Shown: piece after piece, positions 44,987-54,198 of the stretch
How positions within the stretch are numbered: position 1 is the stretch's first letter
How the letters are laid out: each line of letters starts with the position of its first letter
Assembly (NCBI GenBank): GCA_002070395.1
Contig: MWDE01000005.1
Coordinates: 22,800-86,799, forward strand
Reading direction: 5' to 3'
DNA: 64,000 nucleotides
Origin: Synergistetes bacterium ADurb.Bin155
Lineage (GTDB): Bacteria > Synergistota > Synergistia > Synergistales > Thermovirgaceae
Made by a program: the position numbers and the translations under genes
Notes under the pieces: generated by a model
What the model saw: the letters and a program-made list of their open reading frames with translations, nothing else
The model's database searches: none
What the model was told of the DNA's origin: nothing

Positions 44987-46227
44987 CCTTAACGTTATTA
45001 ATAATATTCGGCATTATGTTCTTATTTTTTTCTATATTTCTTCGGAACGTGATGAAAAATCCCCAATGGTTTATTTCCCCCCCTGCCCTTTTCTGTGGAG
45101 GTCTAATAATCCATTTATCATTCCTGTCGTTTTTTGAAATCACGAAGGAATTAAGACTAGAGCATCAGTTCTCAATAGAGTCAGCCATTTTTTTTGTCTC
45201 TTTTTCGACCCTCTTTTTATTCAGTTCGCTGATAGGGATTATTTGTATTAAAACAAAAAATAAAAACGAAATATCAGAAAAAGGACCTTACCATTTTTCT
45301 TTTCTAACATGCGTCTTATCAGGAACGATTGGTTCCTTCAAATTAATCCAAGGTATGGATATACACAACTTATCTTTATTGATAGATTTGTATTTAAACA
45401 ATCATTATTTACTTGAAAGTTCCTTTTTCAATAGTTCCTGGACTTTACTTTGGCAAGCAAATATAGCAGCTTTGTTCTGGTTTAATTTTACTGACAGGAA
45501 GAAGACATGGCCATTAGTTCCTTTATTGTTATTCTCTATCTCCCTAAGAGCTGCCTTTCTTTACCTGACTGTCGCCATTTTTTATCTGATCGTCCCCATT
45601 GTTTATTCCTTCAAAGTGAGAAAAACCCATGTATACTTTTTTCTGTTCCTTATTATATTTTTTATGGGATCCATGTTTATAAAAGAAGGTCGCACCTCTG
45701 AACAACCAGACAGAATATCCCCTTACTCCTTCGGAAATTTTTCAAGCTTCAATTATTATTATGAAACACCTTCATACCGTAAAATTACATTTGAAGATAT
45801 CGGGTTAAACATGGGGCTTGGTCAAATATTTATTTATTCGAATAAATATTTCGGCACAAAGCTACGGTACACTCCATCTTGGCATCATGGTTTCCTTCGA
45901 CAAGTCAAGAACAGCTCTGAAAAAGGAAATGTCGTTCCTTTACAAACATATTTGATTTATCTCCCCCTGTTTCTATCTTTGGCCTTTTTTTCATTCCTAG
46001 GTTTTCTTTGCGGTTTTTTATTCAAAGTTGCTTCATCAAACCTATGGGGTTTGAGTATATATTCGTGGTTTGCTGCTTCCTTATTCATGGTTCATTCAGG
46101 TGGGGGATTCTTTGCAACCACAAAATTCTTTCCCGCGATGATGTATATATGGCCATTCCTGTTGTTTTATTCCATTAAAGACTTTTTCTTAGCAGTAGCG
46201 AAACCAGGATGTAATAATCACGGGTGA
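44983..46227 (+). CDS. polytopic membrane protein, putative O-antigen/EPS polymerase (Wzy-like)
   Basis: At least 10 predicted TM segments, very AT-rich, and in the position expected for wzy. No strong motif. Confidence 0.6.
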   Translation: MTLTLLIIFGIMFLFFSIFLRNVMKNPQWFISPPALFCGGLIIHLSFLSFFEITKELRLEHQFSIESAIFFVSFSTLFLFSSLIGIICIKTKNKNEISEKGPYHFSFLTCVLSGTIGSFKLIQGMDIHNLSLLIDLYLNNHYLLESSFFNSSWTLLWQANIAALFWFNFTDRKKTWPLVPLLLFSISLRAAFLYLTVAIFYLIVPIVYSFKVRKTHVYFFLFLIIFFMGSMFIKEGRTSEQPDRISPYSFGNFSSFNYYYETPSYRKITFEDIGLNMGLGQIFIYSNKYFGTKLRYTPSWHHGFLRQVKNSSEKGNVVPLQTYLIYLPLFLSLAFFSFLGFLCGFLFKVASSNLWGLSIYSWFAASLFMVHSGGGFFATTKFFPAMMYIWPFLLFYSIKDFFLAVAKPGCNNHG

Positions 46228-46307
46228 GAAATCTAAAAACCGCGATGGTTCATTATAGAGGACAATAAAATATCATAATCTTGTATACTGTCAATATATA
46301 TCCTTTC

Positions 46308-47742
46308 GGTAGTGTCAAGAATTTTTCGCACATTTTTTTCTCGGGCTTAATATTCAGCAGTCTCCCCGAACAAGGGTGTCATTTTATTAAAACGCATCCG
46401 GCCATAACCTCAGGTTCACGATCCCTTTCGTATGCATATAGCTTTTCCATGTCCATGTACTTTCGAGTTCCCCATTTGGTAGATACTATATGTCTTAGTC
46501 TGGCAGCCACAAGCATGAGGGCCGAATTGCCGTCCGGGAAAGCGCCAACCACCCGCGTTCTGCGCCGGATCTCGCGGTTAATTCGCTCAAGGGGGTTGTT
46601 CGTCCTGAGACTTCTGCGGTGCTCCGGGGGGAAGTTATAGTAGCTGAAGGTCTCGGAGACGCCTTTTTTTACTATCTCAGCAGCCTTATGAAGCTTCATT
46701 TCCCGCAGTTTCACCACCACGTCCTCCGCTTTTTTCTCCGCAGCCTTAAGATCTTCAGAAGCGTGAATCGCCTTGAGCATGTCTGCCACTGCGCGCATCT
46801 TGCCACGGGGAGTTACGGTGAATACGTTGCGATAGAAATGAACCGCGCACCTCTGCCATCTAGATTCAGGAAAGGCTTCACCAAGGGCATCCACAAGTCC
46901 TGAGCATTTATCAGAGATGAAGAGGCGAACACCCTTCAGCCCCCTTTCCTTCAAGTACCTTAGAAAGTTCAGCCAGCTCTCCTTGTCCTCCTTGCCGCCT
47001 TCAGCCACGCCGATAACTTTTCTGTAGCCCTCGCTGTCTACACCTATCGCCACTAGTACGGATATGTTCTCAACCTCGCCTCCCCAGTTTCTCTTCAGCC
47101 AGATTCCGTCAAGATAGACATAGGGGTGCTCTCCCTCAAGGGGACGATTCCTCCAGCTTTCTATATGGCCGTAAATCTTCCGGTTCATGTTGCTTATGGT
47201 CGAAGGGCTTACCTTAGTACCCCAAAGGGCTTCCGTGATATCTTCAACACGCCTCACGGATACACCGGCGAGATACATCTCAATCATGGCCTCCTCTACC
47301 GAAGCCTCCCTCCTGCGGTACCTTTCTATTATGGAGGTCTCAAAGGTCAACTTTCTGAGCTTGGGCATCCGGAGGGTCACTTCGCCGGCCTTCGTATTCA
47401 GCTGCCTGGTGTAGTAACCTGCCCTGGTATCCACACGGTCCGGGGAACGCTCATATCGCGTGGCCTTGCACAAAGCGTCGGCTTCGGCGTCCAGGAGACT
47501 GTTCAGCGTGTCTTCCACACTCTTCTTTACCATCTGGTCAAGATGATTGCGGATCTCTCCCTCGTCAATGCTGTTGATTTTAGAAACCGGCCGTGTCTCA
47601 CACGCTTTTTTCGTGATATCTTTCATATGCAGCAGCCTCCGCTTCAGGGGTAGGTTTTGTTGTCGCAGATAAAACCTTACACCCTTCAGGGGACTGCTGC
47701 TTCTTATTAAACACAATTGTGCGAAAAATATTGTACGTTATC
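46308..47742 (-). mobile_element. IS256-family insertion sequence (~1.43 kb)
   Basis: The transposase gene is flanked by imperfect terminal inverted repeats: GGTAGTGTCAAGAATTTTTCGCACA (46308-46332) and the reverse complement of 47718-47742, GATAACGTACAATATTTTTCGCACA (18/25 match). No target duplication is visible, so the ends are approximate. Confidence 0.7.
46379..47626 (-). CDS. IS256-family (Mutator-type) transposase
   Basis: Typical sequence YERS..R...R.GYY.R.L.T..G...L..P..R......S.I.ERY.RRE and DG...K......V..A.GV...G....LG, with the C-terminal part matching CAVHF.RN. Start at MKDITKK. Confidence 0.9.
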   Translation of the reverse strand: MKDITKKACETRPVSKINSIDEGEIRNHLDQMVKKSVEDTLNSLLDAEADALCKATRYERSPDRVDTRAGYYTRQLNTKAGEVTLRMPKLRKLTFETSIIERYRRREASVEEAMIEMYLAGVSVRRVEDITEALWGTKVSPSTISNMNRKIYGHIESWRNRPLEGEHPYVYLDGIWLKRNWGGEVENISVLVAIGVDSEGYRKVIGVAEGGKEDKESWLNFLRYLKERGLKGVRLFISDKCSGLVDALGEAFPESRWQRCAVHFYRNVFTVTPRGKMRAVADMLKAIHASEDLKAAEKKAEDVVVKLREMKLHKAAEIVKKGVSETFSYYNFPPEHRRSLRTNNPLERINREIRRRTRVVGAFPDGNSALMLVAARLRHIVSTKWGTRKYMDMEKLYAYERDREPEVMAGCVLIK

Positions 47743-48071
47743 GACAAACTTGACCCTGAACAGTGGATATTTCGGTTCAAATTTCCCGACTTGCAGGAAA
47801 AGGTCGTGGGGATGAAACAAAATATCGCTAAACTGGGGCTAGACCCAGAACAACAGAGAAGCATACTCCAAAAATATTACAGAACAATCGAATTCATAGC
47901 GGGGGCTGGGACAAAACTGAACCAAAACAACCCTACGCCCGGATGATCTCCTCATATATCTCCCAGTCCTTTTCCGACAGAAAGGAGCTGTTGTGCCAGA
48001 GGAGGGTTACGGCCCCGCCAAACCTCCGACATTAGTCTTTCCACTTTCCCGCCCAGCTCATCTTTGACATC

Positions 48072-48109
48072 TGTTTTTGAAAACCCCGAGGAATCCCAAT
48101 TCCTCGGGG
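48072..48109 (-). terminator. intrinsic terminator closing the ImmA/DUF4411 transcription unit
   Basis: 11-bp perfect stem CCCCGAGGAAT/ATTCCTCGGGG with loop CCCA, followed on the minus strand by TTTTCAAAAA. Confidence 0.7.
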
Positions 48110-48147
48110 TAACAAATAGGTGTTCCGTTACAGATTATTAAAAAGTT

Positions 48148-48375
48148 TTATCCATCCGGAGAAGTCGTGGAAGGTATAGCCTCAACAGGAACATCAACGT
48201 CTACCGTCAGTAAGCCTGTAAAGTTTTCTTTGCCTGCATTCAGGACAAAACCTTTGTTAGTTTTCCAGCAAAATCCCAACACTAATTTCCTGGCGGCCGA
48301 CTCGGTACCAATAAAGTGTTCATAAGCCATGAGGTCCATAGCACCATCCTGATACCAGTGCCAAATAGAGTACAA
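48148..48375 (-). CDS. hypothetical small protein (75 aa), possible third gene of the module
   Basis: This ORF lies between the DUF4411 gene and the terminator. No motif recognised and no clear RBS checked. Confidence 0.3.
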   Translation of the reverse strand: MYSIWHWYQDGAMDLMAYEHFIGTESAARKLVLGFCWKTNKGFVLNAGKENFTGLLTVDVDVPVEAIPSTTSPDG

Positions 48376-48507
48376 TCACCTTACTTTGTTGCAAGAGTCC
48401 CTCGTCTACGATTTCGTGGCGCTCAACACTTAGGAAAAGCGAAGTACCACATTCAAAATAAAACCTTGAATAGGAGACTCCTTTTGAATTTACACCAGCA
48501 TCAGAAC

Positions 48508-49002
48508 TCAATCCTTTTTAAATGTAGAATGTAAATGTGTCCACAGAAAAGCAGGAAGACTGAACCAAGGTATTCCCAATTTTTCACAGACATTAGGTAT
48601 ACTCATATTACCCGGCTTGATTGCGTTGTTCCTTCTTTCATATGTCACGATCGTTGCTTTTTTGCCATCTTCCCGTATTGCCATTGCATGAGCAATGATT
48701 ATCGCGTCGTTTTCATTCTTTCCTAAATCTTTAGCTTCAATATTACCTCCATAAGCTTGTAAAACCCTTCTTAGATATGGAAAAGCTTTGTTATCCGATG
48801 TTTCATAGGGTTCTGCGTGCTCATGCAACCAACATGCCAGCTTATCGGTACCTGAACACTCTTTCAACACGACGGAAGGAAAGGATATTGCTCCCTTTTC
48901 AGTTTGCTCGGACATCCAGTCCCAGAATGGTTGAAATCGTGTAAATGGAAGGTCGATACGATGTGCTGTAATAAGAGCGCATGCATCAAAGACATAAATC
49001 AT
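48508..49002 (-). CDS. DUF4411-family PIN-like predicted nuclease
   Basis: MIYVFDACALI (first PIN acidic residue), FWDWM, NENDAIIIAHA, and C-terminal IPNVCEKLGIPWFSL. These are typical of DUF4411, called from memory. Confidence 0.8.
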   Translation of the reverse strand: MIYVFDACALITAHRIDLPFTRFQPFWDWMSEQTEKGAISFPSVVLKECSGTDKLACWLHEHAEPYETSDNKAFPYLRRVLQAYGGNIEAKDLGKNENDAIIIAHAMAIREDGKKATIVTYERRNNAIKPGNMSIPNVCEKLGIPWFSLPAFLWTHLHSTFKKD

Positions 49003-50195
49003 GCCATCACCTTGTCAAACCTTCCAGCTTTAATGTTCAGTGCATAGGATGCGCTTGAGTAAGAAATTATCCCACTGTCAGCCGCTTCAATAATCCGGCT
49101 TGCCAGTTTTTCACCCAGACGGTATTTTGCAACTACGTTGGCGCTTGGCCCTCCTTTTCTTGACCCTCTTTCCCAACTTTTTTTGCCAGCCTGGGCAAGC
49201 GAGTCATAAAACGTCCAATACGTTGAGTCGTTTATGTATTTTAAATCCTTCAGTTTTCGGGCGATAACCAGCCTGCTGACATGAAAGTCTTTTGCTATAA
49301 CGGCTACTTCATTTGCAAATTCCTGCAAGTCCATACTACCGATATCCTCAGGGATGATTTGAAGGAGATATTTTTCCGGGACGAGGAATTCAGCGGTTAC
49401 GCTGTTACAAAAAAGCTCTTCTTTTACATATTTTTGAGAAATCTGGTCGTCCAGGTTGGATATTGCACTGTTTCCCAAGAGAATATGTACAAATTCATGG
49501 ATCAGCGTAAAGACATGGGCTGCATCCGAATCATAGGGATTTATTACAATCAGCGGCGCAATTTTGTCTGCTATGGCAATTCCCCTAAATTCCGACGGCT
49601 GGATTTGGGTATGATAACTGCCTAAATCGCCCCTGAGGGTCACGTAAACCCCTAAAACCTGAATTTTCTCCCTGAGTTCATTAAAAGCATCTCTCGGCGT
49701 TCTTAAATTCGCAGGCACGGGCACAGACCACGGAATTAGGGAGTTGATGGTTTCAACTGCTTTTTCAATAGGAGTTTCCATAGTCAACGAACCAACAAAA
49801 GGTACCAGGGGTTCAGGGTCGGCTTCGGAAATCTCTTTCAGCGTGTCGTGAAGGGATTCAATTCTTAGTTTAAGCGCCAAAAACTTTGGGGAGGATACGG
49901 TAAACCTGTGGTTACCGATGGTTCGAAAATCTTTTAGTCCAGATACTTCTATCGGGGGAGAGGGCAGAAAGAAGGTTATGACGGGGAGGAAATAGATGCG
50001 GGCAAGGTCCTTTAATTGTGTTGCCGTGGGAGCACTCTCTCCCGATTCCCACGATAACAACCGCTCCTCCGGGGATTTCCCGTCTCTGCCGGCACGAATC
50101 TTCGCCTTAGCAACCGCCTCATCTATAGAATAGCCAGCACGTTCCCGCGCCCAGACCAATACTTCCGTTGTAACAGGAAGTATATCTTCGCTCAT
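48999..50195 (-). CDS. XRE-type HTH + ImmA/IrrE (COG2856, M78) zinc metallopeptidase
   Basis: HExxH motif in FTLIHEFVHILLGN, with an N-terminal HTH-like region. Start at MSEDILP (ATG 50195), preceded by GAAGGAGG. The stop overlaps the DUF4411 start (ATGA). Confidence 0.85.
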   Translation of the reverse strand: MSEDILPVTTEVLVWARERAGYSIDEAVAKAKIRAGRDGKSPEERLLSWESGESAPTATQLKDLARIYFLPVITFFLPSPPIEVSGLKDFRTIGNHRFTVSSPKFLALKLRIESLHDTLKEISEADPEPLVPFVGSLTMETPIEKAVETINSLIPWSVPVPANLRTPRDAFNELREKIQVLGVYVTLRGDLGSYHTQIQPSEFRGIAIADKIAPLIVINPYDSDAAHVFTLIHEFVHILLGNSAISNLDDQISQKYVKEELFCNSVTAEFLVPEKYLLQIIPEDIGSMDLQEFANEVAVIAKDFHVSRLVIARKLKDLKYINDSTYWTFYDSLAQAGKKSWERGSRKGGPSANVVAKYRLGEKLASRIIEAADSGIISYSSASYALNIKAGRFDKVMA

Positions 50196-50974
50196 TTCAA
50201 TACCTCCTTCTCGAAAGGGGCATTTCCAGGAGGTTCGCCCGTCTGAAAGTACCCGAATACTGCTGCGACGAAATTTCACTGGGGCCGAATGATTTTTCCA
50301 GATCTTCGAAAATTTACGGTATTGCTAAATTGGAGTAGGCGACTTCCCTTGTCAAGATTCTACTAATGTTGAGCAAAAAAATAAAAGATGTCCGCCTTAT
50401 CGAAGAGCGGGGCATTGTGAATCGCGATCTTCACATTATTGTTCTGCATTCTGAGATAGCATCTTATATTTCGCTGCAACAGGTGGTCGCCGTATTGCCC
50501 TAACATCTCGACTATATTCTTAACGAATGTCCAACCACTCAATCGCTGATCGATAATCCCAGCGTTAATATACATATTAGGCCTCTAAACAAAGAGCAAT
50601 GAACCTAATCCCCGTTTCCCATCCTTTAGTTCTCTCTCTGGGAAAGATGTATTTTCAGCTTCGAATCATTTTTTCAAATGACCTATGCTAATTTTCTGTC
50701 ATTATAGCCCAAAGTAGCCTTGTTAAGCTTAAACATCTTCCGCAGATTGGTTGTGGCAAGAGGCAACTATCTTTTCAGCGGGGTTTTCTTTCGGGTACGA
50801 TAAACCTACCACCAACAGAAGCGAAACGCCGTAGGCTTTGAGACTGCTTATTAAGGTGCTCTGACGGAATACTCCGCGACCTCCCCCTACAGCCGTCCGG
50901 GATGACAGGAAAATGGCGGACGTTCGATAAGCTACAGCTCTTCGTCCTGCTCCAGGTTACAAAGAATAAAAGAA

Positions 50975-52594
50975 CTAATCTTGAGGCTTTCTATTATTTA
51001 ATCCATTTATGTAATCCACTGCCAGAAGAGAGTTAATCATTGAAGCCCCATTCTTTATCTGTTCGATGACATATCCATCCTCGTGAATTCCATACCAACC
51101 CATTGGATCGTCCTTAAAAAAATGAAGTCTCCTTTTCTTTCTCAACCAGTTTTTGATCTCATCTGGCAATACCCGCTTCGCGATTGGGATCAGTTTCTTT
51201 TTGGAGAACAACTCCTTGACCTCTTTTTCATGTATTGCAACACCCAGCTCCTTTGCAAGATTGTCAACAAACTTGATATACAGTGACTGGTTAAGTCTAT
51301 TTTCTGGCCTTATCCAGCACCAGTAATCCATGAACTTCTTATCCCAGAAGGGGATCCACCATTCATAACCAAAGTATTCGTAAACCCTCAAGGAGTTGAC
51401 AATAAATTTGGGCTGTCTTTCAGAAATATCCCAGGATTCAAAAGCACTCGACTGGTCGGGATATTGATCTAGGCTATCCAGAACTTCCAGGATCTTCTTT
51501 TCGAAAAGGGAGTACAGTTTGCCCTTCCTCTTTGACCAATCGAACAGGTTGTAATGACAATTCATTATTTCTTGGGGCAAATTAATCTTTCTGCTTGAAT
51601 TGTAAATACAAGGACAGGACCTACTCAAGCTCCCTGTTATTTTGTCTCCAGTATGTCCTGGCACGAAAATTGAATTATCGGGTATCCGATCTTCTTTTTT
51701 GAAAGCCCACACGGCAGGCCAGTCCTGGATGTGCGGAAGAGAAGATAGATTCCCTGCCATGTCAAAATATGCTTTCATCTCTGGGGACTCATACCACTCT
51801 CTCCAAAGGTCGTTGGAATACTCTACAAACTCCCAACGTACGCCGAGGCTATCTGCAACCTGTTTGCTGATATCCGCTTCATGGTTCCCCGGTCTTCCGT
51901 AGGAGAAGGACACCAAGTCAGGGTAGCCTACTTTTTTTAACATCAGGGCGATGAGCCTTGAATCGTGGCCACCGCTTAGGGGAATGACTATTGTTCTGCC
52001 AGCGGCAAAACGGATGAGCCTATCAATAATATTTTCCATCACCCCCTGATGGAATCGAAGAAGATCTTCTTCAGTTATGCTTTGCATTGGGTAATGATGA
52101 ACGTATCGGTAGTACCTTTGAGTGTTTGATCCGGCGTCAAATTCAGAGGGTCGCATTTCGAGAAACTCCCCCGCCTGGAGTTGCTTTACATTGGGGAATA
52201 AAGTATCTGGGCCTGTCACGTAACCGCAGGCCAAAAACTCTTCCTTCGCCAAAGGGTCCATTTGCGTATCACCGACCTGTTCCCGGACCCATTCGGCCGT
52301 GTCGCTCAAGAAAAAGTCGTCACTCTTTTGGCCATAAAAGAGGGGTATGCTCCGTATCCGATCGACGGCGGCGACTAGATCGCCGTTTTTCCTGACGGCA
52401 AAAGCGTAAAAGCCGTTCAGGTCGGGAAGGGTTTGGACGAGGTTATTGGCGGCATCAAAGGATGCGACATAATTCATCAAGGCTTCCCCGGAAAGCATCT
52501 GCCCTGTTTTCGTGAAGGCCGTTCCTGTTACGAAACCAGTTTCCGACTCGTAATATTGACGGTATTGTTTGTTTTTCAACTTCATATGAATCAT
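50975..52594 (-). CDS. asparagine synthase (AsnB)-like amidotransferase lacking the N-terminal catalytic Cys
   Basis: PP-loop SGGHDSRLIA plus an AsnB-like N-domain. The predicted N-terminus MIHMKLKNK has no MC(G) nucleophile. Start at ATG 52594, preceded by CAGGAGG. Confidence 0.85.
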   Translation of the reverse strand: MIHMKLKNKQYRQYYESETGFVTGTAFTKTGQMLSGEALMNYVASFDAANNLVQTLPDLNGFYAFAVRKNGDLVAAVDRIRSIPLFYGQKSDDFFLSDTAEWVREQVGDTQMDPLAKEEFLACGYVTGPDTLFPNVKQLQAGEFLEMRPSEFDAGSNTQRYYRYVHHYPMQSITEEDLLRFHQGVMENIIDRLIRFAAGRTIVIPLSGGHDSRLIALMLKKVGYPDLVSFSYGRPGNHEADISKQVADSLGVRWEFVEYSNDLWREWYESPEMKAYFDMAGNLSSLPHIQDWPAVWAFKKEDRIPDNSIFVPGHTGDKITGSLSRSCPCIYNSSRKINLPQEIMNCHYNLFDWSKRKGKLYSLFEKKILEVLDSLDQYPDQSSAFESWDISERQPKFIVNSLRVYEYFGYEWWIPFWDKKFMDYWCWIRPENRLNQSLYIKFVDNLAKELGVAIHEKEVKELFSKKKLIPIAKRVLPDEIKNWLRKKRRLHFFKDDPMGWYGIHEDGYVIEQIKNGASMINSLLAVDYINGLNNRKPQD

Positions 52595-52665
52595 AGGGAA
52601 TTCCTCCTGTACGCTGCTCAAACAACTTGCCAGGGAATGATTATCTAAAAACCAACATCCGGCCA

Positions 52666-54198
52666 CTAGAAGTCAAGGAGCCCTGGTAGTTCTTTGTTTA
52701 GCACCCAGACGTACATAATACCCACAATTAAAATTAAAAGAAAAGAAAGCAACAAAGAAGTCTTCAACAGCAACGCAAGTGTTACTGGGAATAAAAATAT
52801 TATTGCCCGAAACCATTCTTTTGAAAGGTCATAGATTATTTCGCCCTTCCTATTGCCGGTTTCTGCCATTAGCCAAATGATTATTAATAAAAGAAAAAAA
52901 CAATTAACGCCGCTGAAAAGAGTCAAAACAAAAAGGCTGTCGCCCAGTTTTGTCCCAAACACTAGAACCGATGTTCTTGAAAGGACAAAACTCACCTCGA
53001 ACGCAAGCCCAACTTCTTGCCTGTTCTGAATTGAAAAAAGGACAGAAAGAGGTGAACTAATAAAAGACAGTGCCACCCAAGGGGACAACACTCTGGCATA
53101 CACCCCTGCCATATGCCATTGAGGTCCAAATACGATACTAAAAATTTGAGGAGCTATGAGCCCCAAACACAGGATGGGGAAAATCCCCACCAACAGCAAG
53201 ACTTTGAAAAAATGTCTGGAAGTTTCTTGTAAGTTGCCTTGATATTTGGCCACGCTCGCTCTTTGTACAAAAACTTGTGACATTGCCTGTCCAACAAAAT
53301 AGGCCGGGAGATGCAAAATTTGGAGACTAAAAGCAAAATAACCCGCTACTTGGGGTCCCCAAAAAGCAACAAGAAAAAAAGGCGCGATATGTCTCCCAAG
53401 GCTGTTCAGTAAGGCCTGCCAGGTAGTAAAAAGGGGGAATTTACGGTATTTGATCGTTACTTGCTTTAACCTACTTAAATCGGCCTTAGGGATCCCCCTT
53501 TTCCTGACAAGCCTGTTACCTAGGCTTATGGTGCCACCAGCCTGGCTGACGATTGCTCCCAGCAGGAGCCCGAGAGGCTTTAGCCCCCAAAAACCCAAAA
53601 AAAGTTTGGTCATGATCCCCGAAATACTTTGAACCAGCTTGGTCTTGGCTATCAATGGGAATTCTTGCTCTCTGATTGCCCACTGGGAAAAAATAAGATA
53701 AGACCCCATTGCTCCAATTCCTAGAGGAATTAGTACCCAATAAGGCATTAATAAATCCGAAGAGACTAGCCCTAGCAGGGTACTTCTTGCAAAAAACAAA
53801 GCAATCGCCATTAAAGAAATAAAAACAAACTGGATAATAAAACTGAGTAAGACAAGGCTATCGGCAAAAGCATCCTTTTTGGGTAAGGGAATCGCGCCAT
53901 AGTAGCGTAGGTTTGATATTTCTAACAGAATTCCCGTTAAAGACGTAAAAAGAGCCAGTACGCCAAAATCAGCAGGTGAATACACTCTGGAAAGGATGGG
54001 CATTGATGCAATATTTAATATTTGAGCAATCGCTGTTCCACCAGTTAAGAGGAGGACGCTATTAGCTACGCTATTTCTTGTCAGAAGTATCGACAAAAGG
54101 TTATCTCGGGTTTTAAAGCATTTTCCCTCAGAGTCCTGTTTTGTGGGAGGTGAAGTAGCAGCTCCCTGCAATTTTTCCATCATCTTTACGTACCGCAT
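52666..54198 (-). CDS. oligosaccharide flippase (Wzx, MOP superfamily)
   Basis: About 12-14 TM segments, with an N-terminal region typical of Polysacc_synt proteins (..LLLTGGTAIAQILNIASMPILSRVYSPADFG). Confidence 0.8.
   Translation of the reverse strand: MRYVKMMEKLQGAATSPPTKQDSEGKCFKTRDNLLSILLTRNSVANSVLLLTGGTAIAQILNIASMPILSRVYSPADFGVLALFTSLTGILLEISNLRYYGAIPLPKKDAFADSLVLLSFIIQFVFISLMAIALFFARSTLLGLVSSDLLMPYWVLIPLGIGAMGSYLIFSQWAIREQEFPLIAKTKLVQSISGIMTKLFLGFWGLKPLGLLLGAIVSQAGGTISLGNRLVRKRGIPKADLSRLKQVTIKYRKFPLFTTWQALLNSLGRHIAPFFLVAFWGPQVAGYFAFSLQILHLPAYFVGQAMSQVFVQRASVAKYQGNLQETSRHFFKVLLLVGIFPILCLGLIAPQIFSIVFGPQWHMAGVYARVLSPWVALSFISSPLSVLFSIQNRQEVGLAFEVSFVLSRTSVLVFGTKLGDSLFVLTLFSGVNCFFLLLIIIWLMAETGNRKGEIIYDLSKEWFRAIIFLFPVTLALLLKTSLLLSFLLILIVGIMYVWVLNKELPGLLDF

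Noticed and set aside
46299-47751. Target-site duplication flanking the IS256-family element.
   Set aside because: The 8-9 bp on either side of the proposed ends do not match (TATCCTTTC versus GACAAACTT). The exact ends remain uncertain, or the duplication was lost by recombination.
50363-50575. 70-aa minus-strand ORF upstream of the ImmA/IrrE gene, considered as a possible extra module component.
   Set aside because: It has no recognisable motif and no evident RBS. It sits in compositionally mixed non-coding DNA and is ~170 nt from the ImmA start. Support is insufficient to call it.
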